Source of the DNA: Flaccisagitta enflata
Lineage: Eukaryota
Direction: 5' to 3'
Length of the DNA: 64,000 nucleotides
Assembly: GCA_965153355.1 (NCBI GenBank)
Contig: OZ231126.1
Coordinates: 6,820,001-6,884,000, forward strand
Shown here: positions 1-19,017 of the stretch, in pieces
Position numbering within the stretch: position 1 is the stretch's first letter
Layout: each line of letters starts with the position of its first letter
Made by a program: the position numbers and the translations under genes
The notes under the pieces: model-generated
Database searches by the model: none
The model's input: the letters and a program-made list of their open reading frames with translations, nothing else
Told to the model about the DNA's origin: nothing

Positions 1-112
1 ACAACAACAACAACAACAACAACAACAAAAACCAGCAACAACAACTATAACCATGACGACAACAACAACAACAACAACAACAACAACCACAACCACAACC
101 ACAACCACAACC

Positions 113-161
<49 letters not shown>

Positions 162-432
162 CCACAACAACAACCACAACCACAACCACAACCACAACAA
201 CAACAACAACAACAACCACAACAACAACCACAACCACAACCACAACAACAACATCAACAACAACAACCACAACAACAACGTCTGATGCTAAGTGAATCAA
301 GTTGACCCATCTCCGTGATCAATCTTCCCTCTTGATCTCCTAAATGGATCTGTTTGTATGATTTATGGATTGAGATATCCTCAGTCTTGAGGAATTTGGT
401 AGGAAACTGTTTTGGCCATTGTTCAAAGACCA

Positions 433-443
433 TTACTCTAAAC
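433..443 (-). CDS. Putative secreted repetitive protein, terminal coding exon
   Basis: (CT)n ccatcttcgataag|GT TTA GAG TAA; phase 1 completes a 3480-nt CDS (1159 aa). A different frame of the same exon stays open ~60 codons, so the 3' end is uncertain. Confidence 0.35.
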
Positions 444-452
444 CTTATCGAA

Positions 453-1082
<630 letters not shown>

Positions 1083-1814
1083 AAAGAGAGAGAGACTAAA
1101 AACAGAGATAAAATGAAATTTGGGTTGTTTTTCAATTAAGAGAAGAAGTTTAGCCGGAAGAAACGAAGAAGGAATGTTAATAGAGTTACAGAGAGTACAA
1201 GTAAAGCGGAGTCACAATGTCGTTGCGGACGAGTGGGCAGGGGCATCCAACCTCCCATCGCATTGCACACCCCCTACCCCACAAACTCAAAAGGCATTTC
1301 AAACTCATGTATGTATCTCTACTTTTTGAGACCTGCTCAGTACTCACGGACAAACGGACGGGCGGATGGATGGACAGACAACGCGTGTTGTACAGTTGCG
1401 TGTCTGCAACAAAAAACAAGGCCGGAAACACAGCAATCTTAGTTAGGCAGGAGCAATGGAGCAAAAACCGATATTATAAAATTCAATAAAGTGACTGACC
1501 GACCGACAAACCAACGGACCAAGCAAAGATTTACTCATAGAAACGCGTGCACGCGACTGAAAAGAGAAAAAGTTTGTTGGATTTTGAGAGGCAAACAAAT
1601 AAAGGATCCCACAAGAGTATTGTGAAGGCTGACAGTATAACATGGCACGAAGCAATGGGAGGAAGGAAAGAAAGTAAGAACGAAAGCATGAAAAAAGAGA
1701 GAAAGAAAGAAAGAAAGAAAGAAAAAAAGAAAGAAAGAGAGAAAGAAAGAAAGGAAAAAGAAAGAAAGAAATAGAGAAAGAAAGAAAGGAGAAAGAAAGA
1801 AAGAAAGAAAGAAA

Positions 1815-1880
<66 letters not shown>

Positions 1881-1912
1881 ATGAAAGAAAGAAAGAAAGA
1901 AAGAAAGAATGA

Positions 1913-1952
<40 letters not shown>

Positions 1953-2338
1953 AAAAAGATCAAGAAAATAGCAGAGAAATTAGAAGGGAAGGAAGGAGGG
2001 AAAAAAGAAGTAGAGAAAGAACTTGTAAAAGAAAGAAGAGAAAGGAGAGAAAGAAGAGAAAGAAGAGAAAGAAGAGAAAGGAAAGAAAGGAGAGAAAGAA
2101 GAGAGAAAAGAAGAAGAAGAGAAAAAAGAGAAAGAAAAGAAAAAAGAGAGTTAAGAGAAAATATAGAGAGAAGAATAAGAAGAAAAAGAAGAGAAAGACG
2201 GAAAGAAGGAATGAAACAAGAGAAAAGATATAAAGGAGTAAAGAAAGGAGAGAAAGGAGAGAGTGAGACTGAGAGTGAATCCCATTTTGTTCGCGTAATT
2301 TGTCTGTTTTATTGGACGAAAGAATTGCGTCAAATTAC

Positions 2339-2378
2339 CTCCCAAAGATGCTTTAGACTCTCCTCCAAAAGAAAGTGA
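2339..2378 (-). CDS. Putative secreted repetitive protein, exon 4 (40 nt)
   Basis: cccattctaag|SLSFGGESKASLG(G)|gtaatt; phases 0->1. Confidence 0.45.
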
Positions 2379-3392
2379 CTTAGAATGGGAAGAGAATCAA
2401 TGACGTTGTCAGAAATGGACTTAGAATGAGGAGAGAATCAATGTCGTTGCTAGAAAAGGACTTAAAACGGGGAGAGAATCAATGACATTGTCAGAAATGG
2501 ACTTAGAATGGGGAGAGAATCAATGACGTTGCAAGAAATGGACTTAGAATGGGAAGAGAATCAATGACGTTGCTAAAAATGGACTTAGAATGGGAAAGCA
2601 TCAATGACATTGCTAGAAATGGACTTAAAATGGGAAGAGAATCAATGATGTTGCTAGAAATGGACTTAGAATGGGAGAGAATCAATGACGTTGCAAGAAA
2701 TGGACTTAGAATGGGAAGAGAATCAATGACGTTGCTAAAAATGGACTTAGAATGGGAAGAGAATCAATGACGTTGCTAGAAATGGACTTAGAATGGGAGA
2801 GAATCAATGACGTTGCTAGAAATAGACTTAGAATGGGAGAGAATCAATGACGTTGCTAGAAATGGATTTAGAATTGGAAGAGAATCAGTGATTTTGCAAG
2901 AAATGGACGAAGAATGGGGAGAGAATCAATGACGTTGCTAGAGATGGACTTAGAATGGGAGGAGAATCAATGAAGTTGCTAGAAATGGACTTAGAATGGG
3001 AAAGAATCTATGACGTTGCTAGAAATGGACTTAAAATGGGAAGAGAATCAGTGATGTTGCTAAAAATGGACTTAAAATGGCAAGAGAATCAATGACGTTG
3101 CTAGAAATGGACTTAGAAAGGGATAGAATCAATGACGTTGCTAGAAATGGACTTAGAATGGGAAGAGAATCAATGACGTTGCCAGAAATTGACTTAGAAT
3201 GGGGAGAGAATCAATGACGTTGCTAGAAATGGACCTAAAATGGGGAGAGAATCAATGACGTCGCTTAAAATGGACTTAGAATGGGGAGAGAATCAATGAC
3301 GTTGCTAGAAATGGACTTAGAATGGGAAGAGAATCAATGACGTTGCTAGAAATGGACTTAGAATGGGAAGAGAATCAATGACGTTGCTAGAA
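2376..3392. repeat. ~41-bp minisatellite, ~25 copies, abutting a predicted splice acceptor
   Basis: Unit gacttagaatgggaagagaatcaatgacgttgctagaaatg; no unique spacers. Confidence 0.95.
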
Positions 3393-4585
3393 GTAGAAAG
3401 GGACTTGGATTGCGAATAACAACACATGACGTCAACAGAAACACGTGATATGCAACACACATGACGTATGACGCATGAAAGTATTTTCCTTTGGCCAAAT
3501 GACGTATTCATTTCGGCGTCTTTTACTGATGAATGTATTTCAGCATTCAAATATGACGTTATAACCTCCTTTGGTACATTAGGCCAATTTTTCTAGATTC
3601 CATTCTCCTTCTTCTTCGTTTTCTTCTTCTTCTTCTTCTTTTGGGCCGATGACCTATGATTCCACATAGGGCAATTTTCTCCGGTTTCCGTTTTCCGTCC
3701 GTCCCCCCCCCTCCCCCAAGCCTCAAATAAAATCTCTCAGACCCCAAATCAGGCCTTTTCGACTTCAAATCAGACCTTTCTGATTCAAAATCAGACTTCT
3801 CAGACCTCAAATCAGGCCTCCCAGACCCCAAATCCGGCCTCTCAGACCCCAAATCAGGCCTCCCAGACCCCAGATCAGGCTTCTCAGACCCCAAGTTAGG
3901 CCTCTCAGATCCAAATCAGGCCTCAGACCCTATGTCAGGCTTTTCAGACCCCAAATTAGACCCCTCAGACCCAAATAAGGCCTTTCAAACCCCAAATCAA
4001 GCCTCTCAGACCCCAAACCACACCTCTCACACCCTAAATCAGACCTTTCAGAGCCAAAATCAGGTCTCTCAGCCCTCCAAACCAGCTTCTCACACTGGAG
4101 AAAATTGTCCTATGTGGAATCATAGGTCATTGGCCCCTCCGGGGCCGCTGCCCCTCTCATAATCTCATTTCCACGTACACTAACTTAGGGGCATTGGGTA
4201 CCGCTGACCATGTAACGCTTTTGCGACTGTTCCCTCTTCTTCTTCTTCTTCTTCTTCTTCTTCTTCTTCTTCTTCTTCTCCTTCTCCTTCTCCTTCTTCT
4301 TCTTTTTATTCTCCTTCATTTTCCTTTCATTCTTCTTCCTCTTCTTCTCCTTCCCTTTATCATCTTCTTCTTTTCATTTTCATTTTCATTTCCTCGTCTT
4401 TTTCTTCTCACTGCTCTACTTCTCCTTTTTTTGCTTCTTCTTGTTTATTTGTTATTTTCTTGCTTTTTTGCTTCTTTCTTTCCATGTCAAAATTTTTTTT
4501 TTTTCCTGCAAGATGAAAAATGAAGATTTATTTTGAGTTTTGGTCGAGCTGGCAAAATATATTCTTTATACATCTTAATCCTTAC

Positions 4586-4614
4586 TTCTATTCCCACGTT
4601 TCGGCCTCTGGCAG
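4586..4614 (-). CDS. Putative secreted repetitive protein, exon 3 (29 nt)
   Basis: ttttacag|CT GCC AGA GGC CGA AAC GTG GGA ATA GAA|gtaagg; phases 1->0, compatible with both neighbours. Confidence 0.5.
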
Positions 4615-4627
4615 CTGTAAAATAACC

Positions 4628-4755
<128 letters not shown>

Positions 4756-4790
4756 AAACAAAACAAAAACAAAAACAAAAACAAAAACAA

Positions 4791-4844
<54 letters not shown>

Positions 4845-5093
4845 AAAACAACGAAAACAAAAAACAATTTTTTTTTTGAAACACCCGTCATTTTTTCTCT
4901 ACCTTCTTGGATGAAAAAAAATCGCCTTAAAAGAATCGTGAGTATCGAAAAATCGCCTTTAAAGAAGCTTTTTACAGCGACTATCATTTATTGTTTATAT
5001 AAGTGGCGTATCACAATTTCTTTGTTATGGAAAGAAAGAAAGAAAAAAAGAAAGAAAGAAAGGAAGAAAGAAAGAAAGAAAGAAAGAAAAAAA

Positions 5094-5149
<56 letters not shown>

Positions 5150-5150
5150 A

Positions 5151-5214
<64 letters not shown>

Positions 5215-7378
5215 ATGAAAGAAAAAAAGAAAGAAAGAAAGAAAGAAAGAAAAAAAGAACTTCATGTCTGTCAGTCTGTCTGTCAGTCAGTCAGTCAGTC
5301 TGTCTGTCTGTCAGTCAGTAGGTCTGTTGGTTCATTGGTCTGTCTGTCTGTAACACTATATTTCCAGCGATGACATGCGCTTTTTTCTTCACCACATTCT
5401 TAAATTCTTGAACTGTTTAGCCTGTATTATCACTGTCCCTGCTCAACCTCACGCGATTTAGGTAGCTATGTACCCGACCTTGTTTTTCACACTTCTCAAT
5501 AAAAACTAAGCTTTTCATTCAATCGGGAGAATCATGATGAATTCTTAGTCACGTTTGGCAATGTCCGGTCTTCAATCTGTCTGTCCATCTCTATCCGACG
5601 GGCAGACCAACCGACTAACAACATGTACCCGTGACTGAAAATAATGATATACATTGCAAAAATGTAAAAAAGTTCACAGCCTATTTGTTCTTAACACATC
5701 CGAGTAGGGTGGAATTTTAAAAAAGACAATGACTTTTAGTAGTAAGGGGATGCTTAATAATAGATAGTTACTTTTTAGGTAAATTTTGTTAAATTATGCT
5801 TAATTAAGCACTTATCAAAGTATATGTTCAATGAAATATTATCAAGGTTCATTTTTTGAATATATTAGACAATGATTGTTAAACGGAAACTGGGTATCAA
5901 AAATCATTTGTTGCTATTAACTTCGTTCTGAAGCTTCTTAGCTGCGTAGTAGTTTTTTTACTTAAAGGCCATGTAAACATTTGGTTGGTACAAGGGGAGC
6001 GCTCAAGAGAAAATATTTTTTGAAACCAGACTCAGATAATATTTGGTCTCTTCTACCATATATAATTGAATCGCGCAGAGTGATAGGAATTGAGACCCTT
6101 TTCTGTACAATCAAAGTTGAGAGAATTTCTGGTATTTTCTATGGATTGCGTAACTTGTTTTTCATCACTTTTTTTCCATTTCCTGATAATTTCAGGTGTG
6201 TTCTAGCAGTTTTCTACCCATTTACATAAATATATTGGACTAAAACCCCAGTAAACATCAATCAATATATCTATATCAAACTCATTATCGCACAGAAATC
6301 ACGATAGATTTCAATGACTTGGAGAAGTTACATGACTGCTTACTACTTTTAGTGATTTACTTTTTCTGCGCTGCAGTGAAGATTACGAAACGGAAAAAAA
6401 GAAGCAAAATTGAAAGGAAAGCAGAATATGGTTTGCTTGGAGATTATGATGTTGAGAAAGAAAATGGAAAAAAAATTGCATCAGCCAAAATAAATCGGTT
6501 ATCGGATGAAAACATTCCTCCTCAATCTTAACCTGAAAAAAAAATCTCTTGCAGCCCTCCTCCCTCCACCGAGGCCTCCCTCCTTGACCATGGCCCTTCT
6601 CCTCCATCAAGCCTTGCCCCTCACTTCATTCCTTCCCCCTTCCTGTCTCCTCCATTCACCTCTTTAGAACTTTTCCCCCTCCCCCCTTTAGAACTTTCCC
6701 CCTCCCCCCTTGAGAACTTCCTTCCCCCCCCCTTTAGAACTTTTCCCTCTTCCTTTCTTCCGCTTTCTTGTCCACGTGAACTGCCACTTCAACTTCTGTT
6801 TTTTACTGCGCAAATAATCAACATCTTTTTCTTCTTCTTAATTTTATCAGAACAGCCCAAACTCAATCAACATCATCTCATAAGTCAGTGAACTGAATGC
6901 TCATTTTCATCCGCAGACACGCGACTCTACACCTTGCCGTGTCGGTCCGCGGACACGCGACTCTACACCTTGCCGTGTCGGTCCGTCGGTTTTGAAATTC
7001 CGAGCGGTTTTCGCCCTACTGCTTCTGCCCAACCGTCCGCGACTGGATTGCCGTGTATCCGGCCTTGTTTGCCGGCGAACTTGCATGGCCAGAATGTCTA
7101 AGAAAGAAATGATAGACCCAGTCCTGGGTCAATGATAGACCCAGTGGTCGATAATTAATCTTCTATTTATATGCTAGCGGCAGCTTCTTGTTAAAATGAA
7201 ACCTTCTAAATCTGCAACAGATGATATCCATCGTCTTATGATTCCGTCAGTCAGTCCACCCTACCGTTCATCAGTGCGTCAGACCACCTTTCTATCCGTC
7301 TGTCGTTCAAGTATCTGTATGTCTTTAGCTATAGCTGTATCACTATTTGTGGTCAAGTTTGTCTGTCGCGGTCTCTGC

Positions 7379-7490
<112 letters not shown>

Positions 7491-7599
7491 TTTGGTCTCA
7501 GTTTCTCTGTCTCTTTCTTTCTCACTTTCTCTTTCTTTTTCTCTGCCTCCCTTTTGCGCTCTCTTCTTCCTCTCTCTCTTCTTCTCTCTCTCTTCTTCT

Positions 7600-7655
<56 letters not shown>

Positions 7656-7729
7656 TTCTCTCTCTCTTGGTCTCAGTTTTTCTGTCTCTTTCTTTCTACT
7701 TTCTCTTTCTTTTCTCTCTCCTCCTCTTT

Positions 7730-7784
<55 letters not shown>

Positions 7785-7786
7785 CT

Positions 7787-7968
<182 letters not shown>

Positions 7969-7971
7969 CAC

Positions 7972-8800
<829 letters not shown>

Positions 8801-8808
8801 CTGAGAGT

Positions 8809-10384
<1,576 letters not shown>

Positions 10385-10604
10385 GAAAAGAAGACATTGT
10401 ATGTATGTTAAAATGGCGGACAGACAAATAGAAAGACAAACATATGGACGTAGAGAACAATGAAACGGAGAGAAACAAATATTCAGACAAGAGGCCGAAA
10501 ACCTCCGTTTAATGTATTTGGTAATTGTCGCTGGCGAGAAAGAATGAAATCTATACCGCATGTACTTTGATGATTGCCATTTATATATCGACGTATTTCC
10601 CGGC

Positions 10605-11360
<756 letters not shown>

Positions 11361-11681
11361 GTATATCGCCGACGATATGGTTTCGATTTTCGAAAGTTCG
11401 TTGGCAATTTCACCTTCCATTGAATAATGAATGATGATTTTGTCATGAGAATTATGGAATATTTGAGATAAGATTGGATTTACTTACTCGATTTCAAATG
11501 GGAATATGATTCGATAAAGATACTTTGCACTTAGAGGTGGTTTATCATGATGGTTTATGCTATCAGGACACGTAAACCACCATTTCATAATTCTATTAAA
11601 GTTTATTTCTTAAATTCACCGTTATGTTCCATTTATTTTAAAATGCTTTTTAGGCAATTGTCGCAAAAAAACGTAACCTAC

Positions 11682-11898
11682 CATAACGTGTCGAGACATT
11701 TCTTCGTTTTCCAACATAGTTCGAAGTTTGTCTCTTTGAGATGACTGTCTATTCCATTGTCCCACAAAACTGTTTTCACGCCGAATATTGTCTCCATTCA
11801 AAATCAATTCGTGGCTTCGACGCACTCGATGATGCCGCTGATGTTTCTGCTCCTGTTGTTGCTGTTGCTGCTTCCGCTGCTGCCGATGTTGCTGCTCC

Positions 11899-11929
<31 letters not shown>

Positions 11930-14252
11930 GCTGCTGCAGCTGCTGCAGTTGCTGCTGTTGCTGCTGTTGTTGCTGTTGCTGCAGATTATGGTGATGATGA
12001 TGTTCGATTGAATCATTGAACGCGTTTTTGTCATCTGAGGTGCTCTCATTTCTGCTTCTGCTCACATCAAACTGCATCAAAGATTCATCCCTCAAATTTC
12101 TTTTGTTTTCGCCGAATGTCTCGGGATGCATTTTAGATTCGCCATAAACGCCCTCTGCCTTATTCTGCGCGATTTTTGATTTTCCGTTGATTTCGCCGTA
12201 GATTTTCCTTTCGTCATTGTCAGGGTCGCCGTAGATTTTGAAACCACGCGAGGGAGATTCGCCGTAGATTTGAGTTCCATTGTCTTCCGCATTTCTCGGC
12301 GCGATATGATGATGATGATGCCTTGTTGGTTGATTTTCCTCTGTATCTTCCATTTCATCTTCTTCTCCTCTTCTTTTTCTGTTCATTTCTTCATCTTCAT
12401 CTCTAATTTCATCTTTACCTTCATCCTCGTCTTTGAATACATCTTCAACCTCATCTTCATCCTCCGCTTCATCTTCCTCTTCATCTTCGTCTTCATCTTC
12501 ATCCTCCGCTTCATCTTTCTCTTCATCTTCGTCTTCATCTTCATCCTCCGCTTCATCTTTCTCTTCATCTTCGTCTTCATCTTCATTCTCCGCTTCATCT
12601 TTCTCTTCATCATCGTCTTTATCGTTACTCTCATCTTTCTCAGATTTCAGTCTAGATTTCAGTTTAGAAGCAATTGTAGATGATGCAGATGCAGCTGTTG
12701 AAAAAGGAGCAGGTGTTGTTTGTAAAGAAAAAGTTTGCGATGGAGATGCGGAGAGCGAGGTTTCCGATTTTGATTGAGATGCAGTCGTAGTTAGAGGAGC
12801 AGATGCGATTTGCAGAGATGAGGATTTTGATGCCGATGCAGTTGTCGAAGGTGTTGATGAAGATTGTGATGTGGATGCCAAATCCGAGGAATCTGATTTT
12901 GTTTCCGATTTAGTCGATGTCGATCGTTTTGGTGAAGATTTCGATGTGTACGCAGTCGCTGAAAGAGGAGCAAGAGTTGTTGTTACTCCTTGATTTTTGT
13001 CCCCCGAGTCCTGCTCCAGCGCCGTCGCTGAAAGAGGAGCAAGAGTCGTTGTTACTCCTTGATTTTTGTCCCCCGAGTCCTGCTCCAGCGCCGTCGCTGA
13101 AAGAGGAGCGGGAGTCGTTGTTACTCCTTGATCTTTGTGCCCCAAGTCCTGCTCCAGCGCCGTTGCTGAAAGAGGAGCGGGAGTCATTGTTACTCCTTGA
13201 TCTTTGTGCCCCGAGTCCTGCTCCCGCGCCGTCGCTGTAAGAGGAGCAAGAGTCGTTGTTACTCCTTGATCTTTGTGCCCCGAGTCCTGCTCCAGCGCCG
13301 TCGCTGAAAGAGGAGCGGGAGTCGTTGTTACTCCTTGATCTTTGCGCCCCGAGTCCTGCTCCAGCGCCGTCGCTGAAAGAGGAGCGGGAGTCGTTGTTAC
13401 TCCTTGATCTTTGTGCCCCGAGTCCTGCTCCAGCGCCGTTGCTGAAAGAGGAGCAAGAGTTGTTGTTACTCCTTGATTTTTGTCCCCCGAGTCCTGCTCC
13501 AGCGCCGTCGCTGAAAGAGGAGCAAGAGTCGTTGTTACTCCTTGATCTTTGTCCCCCGAGTCCTGCTCCAGCGCCGTCGCTGAAAGAGGAGCAAGAGTCG
13601 TTGTTACTCCTTGATCTTTGTCCCCCGAGTCCTGCTCCAGCGCCGTCGCTGAAAGAGGAGCGGGAGTCGCTGTTACTCCTTGATCTTTGTCCCCCGAGTC
13701 CTGCTCCAGCGCCGTCGCTGAAAGAGGAGCGGGAGTCGCTGTTACTCCTTGATCTTTGTCCCCCGAGTCCTGCTCCAGCGCCGTCGCTGAAAGAGGAGCA
13801 AGAGTTGTTGTTACTCCTTGATCTTTGTCCTGCTCCAGCGCCGGTCTTTCAGTTCCGCTTTCGGCGTCATTTGCCGGTCCAATGTGCCGATATCCTCTGT
13901 GAATAACGTCTTCGGGAACATTGCGCTGATATCCTTGTTCAGCGACATCTTCTGGAACATTGTGCCGATATCCGCTTTGAATAACGTCTTCGGGAACATT
14001 GCGCCAATATCCTCGTTCAGCGACATCTTCTGGAACATTGTGCCGATATCCGCTTTGAATAACGTCTTCGGGAACATTGCGCTGATATCCTCGTTCAGCG
14101 ACATCTTCCGGAACATTGTGCCGATATTTTCCGATATTATTGGCAGATGTGATATCGAATTTGTCGGCAGTGGCAAAATTATAAATCGGCGAAGGTAATA
14201 GAATCGAGAATGAACAAATCCATATCACCAAAATAGGATTTGAAATATTCAT
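11682..14252 (-). CDS. Putative secreted repetitive low-complexity protein, coding exon 1 (857 codons)
   Basis: Long ORF that is not simple microsatellite. In order: signal-peptide-like N-terminus, 13-aa repeats (GYRHNVPEDVAER type), 23-aa repeats (ALEQDSGDKDQGVTTTLAPLSAT), S/T-rich region, acidic D/E repeats, RKRR, His runs, IYG(E/D) motifs, polyQ, RVRR. Donor ATG|GTAGGT is phase 0. Confidence 0.8.
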
Positions 14253-14784
14253 AGTAGAATCTCAAGTTTGTTTCTTTTCTGTTTTTTTTTTTCTTTTTTT
14301 TTTTTGTTCTCTGTTTGTTTTATTGATACAGCCTTGTTTGCGGACTTATAAACTTAAATTTGGATTGTATCCTCGTTGCTACATTTTTTATTGCTTTTTG
14401 GGGGTGTTGTTCTTGTTTTTCTGTTTGTTTACATTTATTTTTTGTCTCTCGGTTAACTTTTGCTTCACTCTTGTTTCGTTGTTTGATTTTGTTTTTATAC
14501 TTTTTAAAGAAATTAAGTTCTGTTCTTTTAACTACGTGTTGCTTTGTTTGTTTTTTTTTTCTTGTTTTTTTTTCTGTTTTTATTTGTTTGTTTTCTTGGT
14601 TGTTTCAATTCCTCTTTTTTTTTGGTTGATTAGTCCTTATCTATTTTCCTTTTTGCGATGCTTGCGTAAATCGAGTGAATAATTCCACTTTATTGCTTAA
14701 TTCCCATCTGCAATAGATACTTGATGATGAGTGTCTAAACTTTTGCAGCGCTGCTGGCAGCATAAAGCAGAGGTACTTGATGAT

Positions 14785-14816
14785 GAATGATTAAAGCGCT
14801 GCTGCGATCTTATAAA
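14785..14816 (-). promoter_or_regulatory. Possible TATA-like box + Inr-like element upstream of the repetitive-protein gene
   Basis: Minus strand TTTATAAG followed ~27 nt later by TCATTC, ~530 bp upstream of the ATG; motif match only. Confidence 0.2.
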
Positions 14817-15079
14817 TGAGATACTTAAGAAAACTGAAAGAGGAAAAAATGAGTCTTTTGCGCAGTAAAACGGATGGACGGACCAACGGATGGATATGGA
14901 CCGACAGACGGACCAATGGATGGATTGATGGACGGTCAAACTCTCTTGCAAAATAAGTGAATGAATGTCTTAAAGATTGAACAAATGAATGAAAGAATCA
15001 GTGAATGATAAAATGGGTAAACTTAACACAAGATAGTTGGTATTTATGTTGTTAATTATGTTGTTGCTGCTTTTCGGTT

Positions 15080-15186
<107 letters not shown>

Positions 15187-15188
15187 GC

Positions 15189-15428
<240 letters not shown>

Positions 15429-15472
15429 GGTTGTTTTTGTTGTTATTGTTGTTTTTGTTGTCGTTGTTGTGG

Positions 15473-15589
<117 letters not shown>

Positions 15590-15590
15590 C

Positions 15591-15672
<82 letters not shown>

Positions 15673-15849
15673 ATTGTTGTTTTTGTTATTGTTGTTGTTG
15701 TCGTTGTTGTCGTTGTTGTCGTTGTTATTATTGTTGTTGTTGTTTTTGTTGTTGTTGTTGTCGTTGTTGTCGTTGTTGTCGTTGTTATTATTGTTGTTTT
15801 TGTTGTTGTTGTGTTGTTGTTGTTGTTGTTTTTGTTTTTGTTTTTGTTT

Positions 15850-15966
<117 letters not shown>

Positions 15967-16094
15967 GTCTAAGTCATGTTTTTTTCTCAGTTACAGACGC
16001 TGAAAATATCCGAGCAAAGCGATGAAGCGAGAGAAACAAAGTGAGAAGACGTTCTGTAAAGGTTAGGCCTTAATTGAATAAGAACGCGCGTGCA

Positions 16095-16181
<87 letters not shown>

Positions 16182-16941
16182 AGAGTGACAGACAGACAGA
16201 CAAGGACAGAGAGCGACATACAGAGACAGACAGAGACAGACAGGGACAGACAGAAACAGACAGACAAGGACAGCCAGAGACAGACAGGGACAGACAGAGA
16301 CAGACAGAGACAGACAGAGACAGACAGAGATAGACAGAGACAGACAGAGACAGAGACAGATATTACGACAGATTATGGTCGAGGCCAGATGAGATAAGAC
16401 AGGTTTCTGCTGAAAAGGTTTCAAAGAACTCCAAATAGGGCTCATAGAGCCAATGCAACTAAGAGCGGCTGCCTGGCGTACATTCGCGAATGCAATCTCG
16501 CCGTCAGATGCTCCGTTTTGGTCCGTGTATCCGACCTTGTTCATTTTTCTTCCTTGTCCTTTTACGTCACAATCCCTAGTTTTACTCCTTTCTCTCTGAG
16601 TCTGAGCCTGACAGTTTGGCATTGAAGCTTTGTTCATTTCCATATATTTTTTTTTCCATCAGATGATTACTTTGGGGTCTTTGAAGCTTTTTTTTTTATT
16701 TCAGGATCAGAGATTTGCGTTACTGTACGTCAGTAGCCGGCCGTTATGAGGTCGTTATATGGTAAAAATCCGCCATTTTATGGTAAGGTCGTTATCACTA
16801 AATAACTGGACGTTATTCAAAGTATGGTTACACGTTTTCTATGTAGATGATGAAGGAACAGATTTTGTAAACTGAGATTGATTGCATTTGACTCATGATG
16901 ATCCTCAATTACTCATGATATTCATTTGTCTCAACACTGTT

Positions 16942-17046
<105 letters not shown>

Positions 17047-17406
17047 CACACCAAAAGCGGTATAAGATCGATTAGAAGAAACGAAGGACCTTGAAAGGAT
17101 AGAAGAATGGAAGGGGAAGAAAAAGGAGGAGGAGGAGGAAGAGGAAGAGGATGAGGAAGAGGAACGATCGGGTTTTCATGGTGAATTTCGGATTTACCGA
17201 TATCCTGTTTGAGCGGGCCGTTACACGGATTGCCGGATCTCGATACCTAATCTCTGTTCAGGATTTATCCTTTTATTTTTCAACTTTAATTTTTTGGCTC
17301 GTGTGAAGAGTTTTTATGACGTTTTTCGTTTGCACTTTTTCTTTTATAAGAACGTCATTTTTTGGGCAAGGCTTCAATGTTCTTTTGTCGCAACAAAACT
17401 AACTAT

Positions 17407-17469
<63 letters not shown>

Positions 17470-17499
17470 AACAATAACAATAACAATAACAATAACAAT

Positions 17500-17549
<50 letters not shown>

Positions 17550-18980
17550 CCACAGCCACAACCACAAAAGTAACAACAACACCAACATCAACAACACGAC
17601 AACAAAATCAATACCAAAAACAACAAACCAGATTTACAACAAAATTTGCAAAGAAAAAAAATGTTACAGGTGTTCAGTCTGAACATTTCTTTTTCCACCT
17701 TTGCGCTGAAGCCAATTAAAAAGAAATGAAGGCAAATATAAATTCCTATTAAATTTGTTTGAATAATGAATTAATGACATCCCCGAGCGGAAGACCATCA
17801 GCACCAGTACCAGCACCAGCACCAGCAGTGGTCGATTTCAACGGGAAACAACATGGTTTTAAGTCGCTTGCTAAGTAACTCTTTAGTCTTTAAGAGGTTC
17901 TGTCATGTCCGTTGGTGGGTAGGTAGGTCCGACTGATGGTAACGCGAAATTTAAGATGGCGCGAAATCAACCGATATAGTGTTTTCTGATCATCAGTGCT
18001 CCTGCCCAGTGCTAACACAGCCCCCGCCAGCCCGCGCCCCCCCCCCATTATTGTCCCTATCTACTCGCATTACTAACACAGCCCCCGCCCGCCCCATTAT
18101 TGTCCCTATCTACTCGCATTACTAACACAGCCCCCGCCCGCCCCATTATTGTCCCTATCTACTCGAATTACTAACACAGCCCCCGCCCGCCCCATTATTG
18201 TCCCTATCTACTCGCATTACTGCCCAGTGCCCAACCACAAAAGACTGTGGCCCGGTTAACGAGCTGGTTCTTTTTAAATAGTTTCAGTTTGCAACATTAA
18301 ATTGTTTATTTTCGTTTACTTATTGTTTAAAAACGCTAAAATCTACTAAAAGACTGAGGCACTTTCTCCGGCTGTTGTCTCTCAGGCTTGTCTGTTATCT
18401 TTCAGGCTGTTGTCTCTCAGGTTTGTCTGTTGTCTTTCAGGCTGTTGTGTCCAGGCTTGCCTGTTGTCTCTCAGGCTGTTGTCTCCCAGGATGTTGTCTC
18501 AGGCAAATTTAATTTTCCTTTTTTGATTCGTGCGTTGGAGAAGATCGCAATAAGATTTCCATATATTGATCGCATATTTCAGTAACTAGATGGCAAAATT
18601 TTTTTACGTGAATATGAAAGTTCTAATCATTGTGTCTGAGAGACCATGCAAATTTCAAACGACTTTATGGAAAGTTGGGAACGGTTTACACGTTTTACAT
18701 TCTCATCCTACATTCTTAGGCAGAGAAACACGCCCTATTGCCAACGATCTGCGGAGGAAAATATCTTTGCTACAGTCAAAAGCAAGTGTCAGCAACTAAG
18801 CAATAGCTGATAGAAGGCTGTCTCCGAAGTTCATGGAAGTAAATGTAGTCTACATACAAACGAGGTTACGTATTAGGCTTCCGCTTGTTGCGTGCTGCAT
18901 GCAAATATGCATTATTCAATTAGAATTTATGAAGTTCCAACTTCATCCATATTCCATCTTTAGTTTAAAGGATTTTGTAT

Positions 18981-19017
<37 letters not shown>

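Noticed and set aside
280-443. Alternative ~55-codon frame FRVMVFEQWPKQF... as a coding exon
   Set aside because: It needs a phase-2 upstream exon that I could not find, whereas the phase-1 reading closes the gene; not fully excluded.
2376-3392. CRISPR-like regular array (also 30395-31266, 33845-34705, 63301-64000)
   Set aside because: Head-to-tail units without unique spacers, eukaryotic context and no cas genes.
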